A stretch of DNA of 41,636 nt from Octopus bimaculoides (Eukaryota): positions 77,394,129 to 77,435,764 of the forward strand of contig NC_068988.1 in assembly GCF_001194135.2 (NCBI RefSeq), written 5' to 3'. The translations under genes and the position numbers were made by a program. Shown here piece after piece: positions 10,955-23,163 of the stretch (positions within the stretch are counted from its first letter, which is position 1; every line of letters begins with the position of its first letter). A model generated the notes under the pieces. It made no database searches and was not told the origin of the DNA. It was given only the letters and a program-made list of their open reading frames with translations.

Positions 10955-12102
10955 TATATATCTTTGTATACGTATATCTATACAGAGTGTCCACAAAGTC
11001 TGGGTACATACTTTAAGAAATTATTATTTCTTGTATTTAACTGTTTATGTTATAATTTTATTTACTCCATGNNNNNNNNNNNNNNNNNNNNNNNNNNNNN
11101 NNNNNNNNNNNNNNNNNNNNNNNNNNNNNNNNNNNNNNNNNNNNNNNNNNNNNNNNNNNNNNNNNNNNNNNNNNNNNNNNNNNNNNNNNNNNNNNNNNNN
11201 NNNNNNNNNNNNNNNNNNNNNNNNNNNNNNNNNNNNNNNNNNNNNNNNNNNNNNNNNNNNNNNNNNNNNNNNNNNNNNNNNNNNNNNNNNNNNNNNNNNN
11301 NNNNNNNNNNNNNNNNNNNNNNNNNNNNNNNNNNNNNNNNNNNNNNNNNNNNNNNNNNNNNNNNNNNNNNNNNNNNNNNNNNNNNNNNNNNNNNNNNNNN
11401 NNNNNNNNNNNNNNNNNNNNNNNNNNNNNNNNNNNNNNNNNNNNNNNNNNNNNNNNNNNNNNNNNNNNNNNNNNNNNNNNNNNNNNNNNNNNNNNNNNNN
11501 NNNNNNNNNNNNNNNNNNNNNNNNNNNNNNNNNNNNNNNNNNNNNNNNNNNNNNNNNNNNNNNNNNNNNNNNNNNNNNNNNNNNNNNNNNNNNNNNNNNN
11601 NNNNNNNNNNNNNNNNNNNNNNNNNNNNNNNNNNNNNNNNNNNNNNNNNNNNNNNNNNNNNNNNNNNNNNNNNNNNNNNNNNNNNNNNNNNNNNNNNNNN
11701 NNNNNNNNNNNNNNNNNNNNNNNNNNNNNNNNNNNNNNNNNNNNNNNNNNNNNNNNNNNNNNNNNNNNNNNNNNNNNNNNNNNNNNNNNNNNNNNNNNNN
11801 NNNNNNNNNNNNNNNNNNNNNNNNNNNNNNNNNNNNNNNNNNNNNNNNNNNNNNNNNNNNNNNNNNNNNNNNNNNNNNNNNNNNNNNNNNNNNNNNNNNN
11901 NNNNNNNNNNNNNNNNNNNNNNNNNNNNNNNNNNNNNNNNNNNNNNNNNNNNNNNNNNNNNNNNNNNNNNNNNNNNNNNNNNNNNNNNNNNNNNNNNNNN
12001 NNNNNNNNNNNNGTTGTGTTAACCGCAGGTGGAGAAATAATAAGAAGATGAAAAATAATAATAAGGCAGAATGCTAAACTGAAAGCATATTTTAATATAA
12101 AT

Positions 12103-12732
12103 GTGTAAAAAGGATTTCTAACCGGCTTTCATTGCATGGCAAATTTTCAAGAAGCTGGAGAATGAAAATGTATTTTACAAAAAAGTAAAAAAATAATATA
12201 TAAAAAAATAAACATACCAATATATTATATCGTCTTTGAGCTTTTAAAGTTCAATGGTAATCCATGTAGATAATAGTTGGAAAAAAATAGGATGCAAGAA
12301 ATTGAGAGTTGTGTTTGGTTTAAAAAAAGAAAAGGGGTTGAAGGTTTATGTGTTAAGCAGGAAGTGTGGTGTCAAAACAGGAAGTGTGTGTAAGGGAAGA
12401 CAATTCAAAACTAAAGAGTATAAAACCCACAGAATTGTCTTCCCTTACACACACTTCCTGTTTTGACACCACACTTCCTGCTTAACACATAAACCATCAG
12501 CCCCTTTTCTTTTTTTTAAACCAAACAACTCTCAATTTCATGCATCCTATTTTTTCCAACTATCATCTACATGGATTACCATTGAACTTTAAAAGCTCAA
12601 AGACAATATAATGTACTGGTATATTTATTTTTTTATATATTATTTTTTACCTTTTTGTAAAAAACATTTTCATTCTCCCTCTTCTTGAAAATTTGCCATG
12701 AAGTGAAAGCCGGTTAGAAATCCTTTTTACAC
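12103..12732. repeat. Near-perfect palindrome, arms about 304 bp, 25-nt loop
   Basis: 12103-12406 is the reverse complement of 12432-12732. The right arm runs into the gap. Confidence 0.95.
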
Positions 12733-13587
12733 NNNNNNNNNNNNNNNNNNNNNNNNNNNNNNNNNNNNNNNNNNNNNNNNNNNNNNNNNNNNNNNNNNNN
12801 NNNNNNNNNNNNNNNNNNNNNNNNNNNNNNNNNNNNNNNNNNNNNNNNNNNNNNNNNNNNNNNNNNNNNNNNNNNNNNNNNNNNNNNNNNNNNNNNNNNN
12901 NNNNNNNNNNNNNNNNNNNNNNNNNNNNNNNNNNNNNNNNNNNNNNNNNNNNNNNNNNNNNNNNNNNNNNNNNNNNNNNNNNNNNNNNNNNNNNNNNNNN
13001 NNNNNNNNNNNNNNNNNNNNNNNNNNNNNNNNNNNNNNNNNNNNNNNNNNNNNNNNNNNNNNNNNNNNNNNNNNNNNNNNNNNNNNNNNNNNNNNNNNNN
13101 NNNNNNNNNNNNNNNNNNNNNNNNNNNNNNNNNNNNNNNNNNNNNNNNNNNNNNNNNNNNNNNNNNNNNNNNNNNNNNNNNNNNNNNNNNNNNNNNNNNN
13201 NNNNNNNNNNNNNNNNNNNNNNNNNNNNNNNNNNNNNNNNNNNNNNNNNNNNNNNNNNNNNNNNNNNNNNNNNNNNNNNNNNNNNNNNNNNNNNNNNNNN
13301 NNNNNNNNNNNNNNNNNNNNNNNNNNNNNNNNNNNNNNNNNNNNNNNNNNNNNNNNNNNNNNNNNNNNNNNNNNNNNNNNNNNNNNNNNNNNNNNNNNNN
13401 NNNNNNNNNNNNNNNNNNNNNNNNNNNNNNNNNNNNNNNNNNNNNNNNNNNNNNNNNNNNNNNNNNNNNNNNNNNNNNNNNNNNNNNNNNNNNNNNNNNN
13501 NNNNNNNNNNNNNNNNNNNNNNNNNNNNNNNNNNNNNNNNNNNNNNNNNNNNNNNNNNNNNNNNNNNNNNNNNNNNNNNNNNNNNNN

Positions 13588-13657
13588 TCCTCAGTCAAAT
13601 CGTCCAACCCATGCTAGCATGGAAAGCGGACGTTAAACGATGATGATGATGATGATG
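13588..13657 (+). mobile_element. RTE 3' terminus with (GAT)n
   Basis: TCCTCAGTCAAATCGTCCAACCCATGCTAGCATGGAAAGCGGACGTTAAACG(ATG)n. Confidence 0.85.
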
Positions 13658-14687
13658 TATATATATGTATATATATATGTATATATATATGTATGTATAT
13701 ATGTATGTATATGTATGCATATGTATCTCTCTCTTTCCCCCTCTCATTCTTCCTTCTGTTACTACTATATTTCTCTCTTCCTCTCTTTCTCTCGTTGCTC
13801 ACCTATTTTCTACTTCCTCCCCTTGTTTCTCCCTCTACCACTCTCTCTTCCTTACCCCTCGTGGTCACATGTGTCCACGTACTAATTCTTTTCTTCCTTG
13901 GCTATCGCCAAGCAAACACGCAAACTACTGTCCCGCTTCCTGTTCGTTGCTTCACAGCGTTCCACATACACATAATTTTTCCCATCTGGCCGTATAGCCT
14001 TTTCCGTTTGTTTTCCTGTCTGGTTTTCTGTCCGCCACTACATTCCTCCATGGTACAGTTTAATTTGTGATCCATGGGAAGAGCCATTTTAACGATGCGT
14101 CATGCCCTACTCTTCGAAACGCTTGTTTTAGAATGGGGGTAGCTGACGAAGGAAAATGTTCTCTATGTGGCCTGTGTGTGTTCTGTACTCTGGTTATTAT
14201 TATTTTTTTGTCTACGTTTTGTTTGCAAAGTCCTGTACCCAGATATGCACCTATATATACAGGTAGACGTAGGTATGCACATACCTGTACGTATATATGC
14301 ATATACTCATTTACTACTTGTTTTTATATATATATTTATGTATATATATGTATATATATATATTTATAGATCTCTACCAAAGATTTGGTAAAAATATTGT
14401 ACCTATTATCAACGTAGCAAAATTCTCATATGAAAGGTTGTTAATCATACAATTTTGTGTGCATATCAATTTAAATAAGAGCTATAACGTGATCCNNNNN
14501 NNNNNNNNNNNNNNNNNNNNNNNNNNNNNNNNNNNNNNNNNNNNNNNNNNNNNNNNNNNNNNNNNNNNNNNNNNNNNNNNNNNNNNNNNNNNNNNNNNNN
14601 NNNNNNNNNNNNNNNNNNNNNNNNNNNNNNNNNNNNNNNNNNNNNNNNNNNNNNATATATATATATCTTTGTACATATATATAGATA

Positions 14688-15330
14688 CAGGGCAGGGAAT
14701 TGTCAATTAATTAATAAATTAATAATTAACAATTTTGCCAAGTAGTTCAGTATGCAAAAAACCTTTGGTAAAAAATATATAATTATAAACATAATATAGG
14801 GATCAGCAAAAGTTGCTTCACCAACAAACTGAAAATTTAGAAATAGCAGTTAAAACTACTAAATCTAACTACTAATTCTAACCCTGCCCTATATCTATAT
14901 TGGTAATCTACTCCTGGATAGTTAAACTGCAATCTTTTCTGCAGGACTATTCGTGATACACATGGGGTAATTTGAGGAGGGATACGGAATTCACTAGTCG
15001 ATATAAATTTGGAGATGCTGATTTTTCTTATGTGATATTTTATGTCACATGGTCAAATGTACATGGGTTTGTTAGCATTTTCAGATTTATAATTTAGAAT
15101 ATTATGCTGAAGAGTGAAATGAATTTTTATAAAATTCTATACATGAAGTGTCGTACATGATTAACTAAGGGCAGGTTTGTTTTGTTTGTTTTTCCTCTGT
15201 TATTTTATGTGAGCCATGAATATCGCTATCCATTGGAGACTTAATAGTAGTTAGAATTAGTAGTTTTAACTGCTATTTCTAAATTTTCTGTATGTTGGTG
15301 AAGCAACTTTTGCTGATCCTTATATTATGT
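14688..15330. mobile_element. Long-TIR TA-target DNA transposon derivative (MITE); outer right end missing
   Basis: TA|CAGGGCAGGGAAT start. 14790-14880 is inverted at 15240-15330. Same family as 30368-30855. Confidence 0.7.
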
Positions 15331-15342
15331 TTGTACATATAT

Positions 15343-15427
<85 letters not shown>

Positions 15428-15497
15428 TGTATATGTATGCATGCATATGTATGCATATATATGTATGTATACATATGTATATATATGTATATATATT

Positions 15498-15596
15498 TGG
15501 AGCCTGGTGTTGCCATCCGGTTTCACCAGTCCTCAGTCAAATCGTCCAACCCATGCTAGCATGGAAAGCGGACTTTAAACGATGATGATGATGATG
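15498..15596 (+). mobile_element. RTE 3' terminus with (GAT)n
   Basis: TTGGAGCCTGGTGTTGCCATCCGG...AAACG(ATG)n. Confidence 0.85.
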
Positions 15597-15652
15597 TATG
15601 TATAGTTATGTATGTGTATATATATGTATATGCATATATATATATATATATT

Positions 15653-16927
15653 TTGTTGTACTTGGGGATGGTCATATTGCCAGTTTAGCCAATAAAAACA
15701 CACGCACTGTATATTTGGTGTTAATTTGCTTCAGCTTTATATTACATTAATCTTAATCTTATTTCGGCCAGAGTTCTTTCGTCACACTTCTGTGACCTCA
15801 TCAGTGGCCCTTTGTTTCCTTCTTTCTTATGTGTGTCTCACCTTGCTAACTATCAGCCATTTTGTATTTTGTATTCTTATTGTATGTGTCTACGCATGCG
15901 TGTCCTTCAATGTGTCTGTCTTTTGTAAGTGCATGTGTGTGTATGGGGAGTGTCTGTATCNNNNNNNNNNNNNNNNNNNNNNNNNNNNNNNNNNNNNNNN
16001 NNNNNNNNNNNNNNNNNNNNNNNNNNNNNNNNNNNNNNNNNNNNNNNNNNNNNNNNNNNNNNNNNNNNNNNNNNNNNNNNNNNNNNNNNNNNNNNNNNNN
16101 NNNNNNNNNNNNNNNNNNNNNNNNNNNNNNNNNNNNNNNNNNNNNNNNNNNNNNNNNNNNNNNNNNNNNNNNNNNNNNNNNNNNNNNNNNNNNNNNNNNN
16201 NNNNNNNNNNNNNNNNNNNNNNNNNNNNNNNNNNNNNNNNNNNNNNNNNNNNNNNNNNNNNNNNNNNNNNNNNNNNNNNNNNNNNNNNNNNNNNNNNNNN
16301 NNNNNNNNNNNNNNNNNNNNNNNNNNNNNNNNNNNNNNNNNNNNNNNNNNNNNNNNNNNNNNNNNNNNNNNNNNNNNNNNNNNNNNNNNNNNNNNNNNNN
16401 NNNNNNNNNNNNNNNNNNNNNNNNNNNNNNNNNNNNNNNNNNNNNNNNNNNNNNNNNNNNNNNNNNNNNNNNNNNNNNNNNNNNNNNNNNNNNNNNNNNN
16501 NNNNNNNNNNNNNNNNNNNNNNNNNNNNNNNNNNNNNNNNNNNNNNNNNNNNNNNNNNNNNNNNNNNNNNNNNNNNNNNNNNNNNNNNNNNNNNNNNNNN
16601 NNNNNNNNNNNNNNNNNNNNNNNNNNNNNNNNNNNNNNNNNNNNNNNNNNNNNNNNNNNNNNNNNNNNNNNNNNNNNNNNNNNNNNNNNNNNNNNNNNNN
16701 NNNNNNNNNNNNNNNNNNNNNNNNNNNNNNNNNNNNNNNNNNNNNNNNNNNNNNNNNNNNNNNNNNNNNNNNNNNNNNNNNNNNNNNNNNNNNNNNNNNN
16801 NNNNNNNNNNNNNNNNNNNNNNNNNNNNNNNNNNNNNNNNNNNNNNNNNNNNNNNNNNNNNNNNNNNATACAGTGCGTGTGTTTTTATTGGCTAAACTGG
16901 CAATATGACCATCCCCAAGTACAACAA
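15653..16927. mobile_element. Probable Penelope-like pseudo-LTR in inverted arrangement, centre in gap
   Basis: Perfect 60-bp inverted repeat (15653-15712 and 16868-16927), with a hammerhead motif inside the left part. Confidence 0.55.
15766..15809 (-). ncRNA. Type I (minimal) hammerhead ribozyme
   Basis: Minus strand GGCCA-CUGAUGA-G-(G)UCACA-GAAG-UGUGA-C-GAAA-G-AA-CUC-UGGCC. Perfect 5-bp stem I, intact core, stem II, minimal stem III, CUC cleavage triplet. Confidence 0.75.
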
Positions 16928-16968
16928 CATCTGTTTCAACACACGATTTCACATCAAAAATCTTGCAA

Positions 16969-17012
<44 letters not shown>

Positions 17013-17024
17013 TGAGAAAGGTTG

Positions 17025-17285
17025 TGTTCCAGCATGGCCACAGTCAAATGACTGAAACATGTAAAAGAGTAAAAGAGATATATATTTGTATGTGTGTGTG
17101 TGTGCTTGTACTCCCACCATTGTTGCTGTGTTTATGTTCCCATAACCTAGCGGTTTGGCAAAAGATGCTGATAGAATAAGTACTAGACTAGCAAAGAATA
17201 AATCTTATGGTCGATTTTTTTGACCAAAGGCAGTGCTCCAGCATGGCTGCAGTCGCATGACTGAAACAAGTAAAACAATAAAAAA
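17025..17285 (+). mobile_element. SINE family A tail fragment plus 3' half
   Basis: CCAGCATGGCCACAGTCAAATGACTGAAAC motif occurs twice. Confidence 0.75.
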
Positions 17286-17402
17286 CTATGCCATTTTAAT
17301 CCCAAGCAAAGCTGGGTATTTCTGCTAGTATATATATATATAAATATATATATGCATTTATATATTTGTATGTGTCTATACATATGCAAGAATGTATATA
17401 TA

Positions 17403-18170
17403 CAGGGTTTACAGGTTAAATTTGATTATTCTTTTTATGTCTCCTTTCTTGAGGAACAGGTTATTGTATTGGTGAGCAGTCAACAGTATTGGGAAACAAT
17501 AAAGATTAAAGTTGTAGTTGAGAAAAAATTAGCTGACATGAAAGACTGGAAGTCATCTGAACCCGTATCATGATGATTTGCATTGGGTATCAAAATGCCA
17601 ACATCATGACTAGTTCTCAATGCTCTGTGAACACTGTAAAGGCTGTATGATATGACATGGACAGTTGCAATGGAGACTATGAAGCTGTGGCCAGCAGGAA
17701 GAGATACAGCAGGTATTCTGACTGTCCATATATCAGGCATCATCCTCACATTTTTGAACAAGATCTTAAGCTCAATTCAAATGGTTATACAAAGCTGTTG
17801 GTGTGTTTATGTCCCTGTAACTTAGTGGTTTGGCAAAAAGAGATTGATAGAATAAGTCTTGGGGTTGGAATGGGTTTGCACCTGGAAGGCCATATGTGTG
17901 GTAGCAAGATTTGGTTCTTTACCATATCTCCAGAAAGACTTGGAAGTGATTGTCAGAGAATTTCTATGACTTATCCAGCCCCTATTTCTGGCCTTCTAAT
18001 ACCCCTAATCCCATGAATTTCTCTGTATGGAAAACATGGTTGAGAAAGACACTAATCACTCTGCCTGCAATACCAAGGCCAGCTGGTGTCCAAGAGCAAG
18101 GAGATGTTTAAAGATTTTGAATGGGATATTGTGTTTTCTATTTCTTTAATGCAAACTGTCAAATTTAGCA
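17403..18170 (+). mobile_element. Decayed Tc1/mariner transposon, interrupted by a SINE fragment at about 17795-17850
   Basis: TA|CAGGGT left end. N-terminal ...QCSVNTVKAV*YDMDSCNGDYEAVASRKRYSRYSDC and catalytic-region GRPYVW*QDL...WK*LSENFYDLSSPYFWPSNTPNPMNFSVW (cf. WQQDSAPCH and WPPNSPDLNPMD). Confidence 0.8.
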
Positions 18171-19016
18171 GAAAGTAACAAACCCAATTAACAATGCAGC
18201 AGTTACTCTTTCATTTCATTCTTTACATATGTTGTAAGAATCTAGCAGTGAAATCATGTATTATAAATATAAAAACATGAAGTCTTCAGGTTTTTCCATA
18301 GCAATTCCATGATTGCACTGTTTTGTAAATTATCCATCTGAAATTATAAACCTAATTAGTATGCACCCCCGCTGCCAGCCAATGAACATTAATAATTTGT
18401 AGTATTGAGAAATTACCATTTCAGTCAAGTCATTTTCACATGTTCTCAGTATGAAGAATTTGTTTTCATAAAATCTTTTTAATTGATATCATTCATTTTT
18501 ATTGACTAATTTACTTTTAAATTAAACTTTAAATCATTAATTGTTTGAAAAGTCTTATTAAAATTGTGTAATGTACTAATTTGCGAAGTGATGCAATTGA
18601 TCAGCCCCTCTCTGTCTCTCCCTCTCACACTGATATGTTGTAGCTTAAGTGTGAGAAATTGCTATACTTCATTAGGTTTCCAACCAATAAAATATTGCAA
18701 TTTGGTAAGTCTTGTAGTAATTATGAGGTGATTTGTTTGTGTAATCTTGTAGATGCTATTGCAATTCTGCTATTAATCTGTTTTCATTCTTACTCTTTGT
18801 AATATTGTGGTCTTGATTGAATTCTTTAATGCTATAAGCACAGTTTTGGATAAGGCTTCTTGTACCTATAATTTTCAATGGGAGTTGAAATACATACAGT
18901 ACTTAGTACACTTTCTCATATTTACACTATCCAACTATTGTCAAAAGCTTTTATAGAGATGAACAATGCCTGGCTGAAATATTTACAACACATTGTATCC
19001 TCATTCATTCTCATTC

Positions 19017-19546
19017 ATTGGTGAGAATGAATGAGGATAGCTGCGTGAAAAAGTGCTACACCCTAACAGTTGAGGGAACCCGTGGAAGAGGTAGGTCCAG
19101 GAACACCTGGGCTGAGGTGGTGAGGGAAAGACCTTCGAACATTGGGCCTCACCGAGGCGATGACTACTGACCGAGACCTTTGGAAATGTGCTGTGTGTGA
19201 GAAGACCAGGCAAGCCAAGTGNNNNNNNNNNAGACCTTTGGAAATGTGCTGTGTGTGAGAAGACCAGGCAAGCCAAGTGAGATCATTGCCAGTGCCCCTG
19301 GACTGGCTCTTGTGTGGGTGGCACATAAAGACACCATTTCGAGCGTGGCCGTTTTCATGCAGGTGACACGTAAATGCACCCACTACACTCTCTGAGTGGT
19401 TGGCGTTATGAAGGGCATCCAGCTGTAGAAACTCTGCCAAATTAGATTGGAGCCTGGTGTTGCCATCCGGTTTCACCAGTCCTCAGTCAAATCGTCCAAC
19501 CCATGCTAGCATGGAAAGCAGATATTAAATGATGATGATGATGATG
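19017..19546 (+). mobile_element. 5'-truncated RTE LINE (ORF end plus UTR plus (GAT)n)
   Basis: LVRMNEDSCVKKCYTLTVEGTRGRGRSRNTWAEVV.... The roughly 50-bp duplication around the 10-N gap is probably an assembly overlap. Confidence 0.9.
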
Positions 19547-19688
19547 TACTAAGGCAAAACTTTCAGTAGTTATCCAGTGATCCATTAGATTGTCTACATA
19601 GTGTTTGACTATACATAATGTATTTGACTACTTAGAATGCCAAAACTTACAATCTACAACTTATTTGGCATATCATGATCCTCAGAAA

Positions 19689-21101
19689 TATATTCAATGC
19701 TACATTAAGGATATTTAAACATGTTCATATTATTACAAGTAGTGTTTTTAGCCTATTCCCAGTTAGAAATTCATCTATTGCACTGGTCCCAAGATGACAC
19801 TAAATATGGTTATTGCACCTCAGAATAGTGAAATATGCTTTTCAGAATAATAGATATCACCCAAAACATGCACGCACGCACGCACACATACCTACCTTTG
19901 TGACTGTTTCTGTGATGTCTATTTATTGACTTCAACCATCAGTCACATCAGTAATTATTCTTTAAGCACACATATATCATAAGCATTATAATCAACAATT
20001 TGAGAGACAACTGTGCTGGTATGGTCATGTGATGCGTATGGATGAGGACAACTGTGTGGAGAAGTGTCACATTCTAACAGTGGAAGGAATCTGTGGAAGA
20101 GGTATACACAGGATGTCGTTGACTTTTTTGATCAGCAGGATGAAAGCTTCTTCACCAATGGGATCCATGTGGACCACAAGGAGGTCTATGTTGAAAACTA
20201 AACCTCACTTGGTCACATTCATTGAGAGTATCCTGGTTAGCCTATGTGCTTTTCAGCTGACCCTCATATGTAGCTGTATGTGAAGGTGTTTATGTAATGC
20301 AGAAGTATGTATATGCATGTGTACATAGTATAGTGCGTGTAACATTATGTGTATGTGTGTATGTGTGTTTATGTGGTATAGTGTACGTGTGTATGTGTGA
20401 ATACATGTGACACCATACTTTCAATACAAAGTAGATGATGTGAGTCTATGTTCTTGGTTTAATGATTCACCAAGGGAGACTCCTACCTGCTAGAAATAGA
20501 CTCCTAAAAATAGTAAAACAAAAACATGTCTCGAAAAGGGAGTATTACTTGACACAATGCTGGGTAAAAGGTTGTGATGACCTTTTAAGAAAATATTTTC
20601 TGTATATTGATGAATGAACAGAATACATGGAGCTGAATCAGTAGAAAATATAGTTTAATTAGAAATTAAATAACGAGATTCTAATCCAAATCATAATAGT
20701 CATTATAAGAACTACTTTGGTATAATAAAATAGGATAATTTTGTTTCTCAAATTGTTGATTATAATGCTTATGATATAATATGTGTGCTTAAAGAATAAT
20801 TACTGATGTGACTGATGGTTGAAGTCAAGAAATAGAAATCACAGAAACAGTCACAAAGGTAGGTATGTCTGTGTGCGTGCATGCGTGCGTGCGTGCGTGC
20901 ATGCGTGCGTGCATGCGTGCATGTTTTGGGTGATATCTATTATTCTGAAAAGCATATTTCACTATTCTGAGGTGCAATAACCATATTTAGTGTCATCTTG
21001 GGACAAGTGCAATAGATGAATTTCTAACTCGGAATAGGCTAAAAACACTACTTGTAATAATATGAACATGTTTAAACATCCTTAATATAGCATTGAATAT
21101 A
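19689..21101. repeat. Inverted duplication (arms 19689-20010 and 20741-21101, 730-bp spacer)
   Basis: Arms are near-identical apart from a longer (GCGT/GCAT)n tract in the right arm. The spacer starts with an RTE relic (LCWYGHVMRMDEDNCVEKC). Confidence 0.95.
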
Positions 21102-21230
21102 CCAAAGAGCATAGGCTCGAAACGTCAAAAACTTTTCCATTCTTCAAGAGCATTAAACTAACACATCTGATCGTTGTTCCTTCATTTGTCTTCATTTTTT
21201 GGTTTCTGTAAATTTGAACTACACACATGC
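21102..21230 (+). mobile_element. Penelope-type pLTR remnant with a broken hammerhead
   Basis: CCAAAGA-GAGC-type stem II (GAGC ATAG GCTC) followed by GAAACGTC. The CUGA core is mutated. Confidence 0.45.
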
Positions 21231-22090
21231 ACATAAGCACGCACGCATGCACACGCGCACACACACACAGACTCACACATGTATATAACTCCACAATAAC
21301 AAATATACATTCTGCTTCAAAATATACACATGTATACACATATTAAGGCTGAATGTCAATGGTTCATTTCTAAACACATTGCAACTACTGGGGTTCACAT
21401 CTCACCCCACCTCTCTCCTATATACCCTTTTGTTATATAGCTAATTACCCTCCCTCCTTATCCATCTCTACCCAACACCTACCTCACCAGTTAACTAGAC
21501 CACACCCACCCCATCTATCTATACTCCTCCCCATAAACCCTCACTATCTCTCATTTCCCCATTTCTCCCTTAGATTTCCAATTCCTTTCTCTGTCATTCA
21601 TCACCTACAAACATGACCAACAGACATCACACAACCTAGACATCAACTCCCTCCCCAAGACCATCACCACTATCATCAACAAGTGTGGTCAAGGAGAGGG
21701 TTAAGAAGTTTGTGGACATTGCATCTCTTATACCACACACGCTCATACACACCTACTCTTAAACTCTCACCTACTTACATATACACACTCGCTACTTCCT
21801 ACATACATGCAGACTAACTCTCATTTACACATTTACACACAAATAGGCAGATGCACTCATACATGCACATACATGCACACACATGCTTAATCCACTCTTC
21901 TACATCTACATGCACACACACTCTCATACATCCCAACATGCATGGCACCACATACATACACACACAGCCATCCCAACATACACAATCACATGCTACTCCC
22001 CCCACCCAACTGTAGCTCTATATCTCAACTTATTAATATTCCTCTTATTTTTTTTTCCATCTCCTCCTACTCTTTCTTTTTCCTCCTTCT

Positions 22091-22207
22091 CATTCTCCCT
22101 CCCCCTTTTCATTATCTCTCATTCTCCCTCCCCCTTTTCATTATCTCTCATTCTCCCTCCCCCTTTTCATTATCTCTCATTCTCCCTCCCCATCTTCATT
22201 ATCTCTC
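22091..22207. repeat. 29-bp pyrimidine-rich minisatellite, about 4 copies
   Basis: CATTCTCCCTCCCCCTTTTCATTATCTCT repeated. Confidence 0.9.
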
Positions 22208-23163
22208 TTGCCTTTTATAATGTTTTTTTCTCTTTTTGCAAAAGCTTCTTCATTCTTCTCCTTTTCCCTTCTCCTTTCTCTTCTCTATTTTCACTCTTTT
22301 TTTCTTTATTACTTATTTACTCCTAGTTCTCTCCTCACCTCCACTACCCTTTTCTTTCTCTCATAAACTTCCCCTTCTCTTCTCTCTTCTCCCTAAATGT
22401 TTCTTCTTTTTTCTCTGTCACAACCTCTTACTCTCCTCACCTATTCCCCTGCCTTCGCATTCTCACATACACCCTCAATCTCCTTTCCTCCTCTACCTCC
22501 GTTTCTCTCTCTTTCCTGCTTTCCTCCTCTCTCTTTCTACAACTGTCACTCTGTTTCCTCTCTCTCTCTCACCCCTCTTCATCCTTTTCCATCTCTCTCT
22601 CTTTCTTTCCCTGTTTCCTCCACCCCCATTTCACTCCACCTTCTTTACAAACAAACAACCAATTATCAGAAATAATTGGTAAATATAAAATACACCATAT
22701 TCCCCCTGTGAGGGTGAGGACGTGGTGTTCTTAAAGAAGTGGTTTTGGGGAGTGTGTCCTTTTTGTGAGAGTGTGGGTGGGATATTGATGGAGGTGTGGT
22801 CTTTAGGGAGGATATGGTATTGTTGAGAGCATGATATTGGTGAAAATATGGTTTTGGGGTGGGTATGGTTTTAGTGGGGGGATGTGGTTTTGGGGAGGGT
22901 GTGGTTTTGGGGAGGGTGCGGTGTTGGTGATGGCATGGTATCAGTGAAGTATAGTATTGTAATTTTTATTTCACCAATTAACACTAGCATTGTCAACATC
23001 AACATGACTATCATCATCACCACCACCAACAACATGAGCAGCTACATCATTATTATTGCCACCAAGAACAACAACAGCAACAATAGTGACAACACCACCA
23101 TCAATAGCACCAGCACCACCATCAATAGCACCAGCACCACTGACTGCAACAAAATATAACACC

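Noticed and set aside
14095-14165. CGAAAC ... CTGACGA as a type II hammerhead
   Set aside because: Stem I is very weak and the stem II closing pair is mismatched, so it cannot be folded convincingly.
15292-15585. YI/VC/HT-repeat ORFs here and throughout the window
   Set aside because: They are translations of (TA)n, (TG)n and (CA)n microsatellites.
10791-17179. Long ORFs (297-428 aa) in the ORF track
   Set aside because: They are made almost entirely of X from N-gaps.
19172-19280. Direct repeat of about 50 bp in the RTE copy
   Set aside because: It flanks a 10-N gap and is most likely an unmerged contig overlap.
21883-22682. Phe/Leu/Ser/Pro-rich 'membrane' ORFs
   Set aside because: They are translations of a pyrimidine-rich low-complexity tract.
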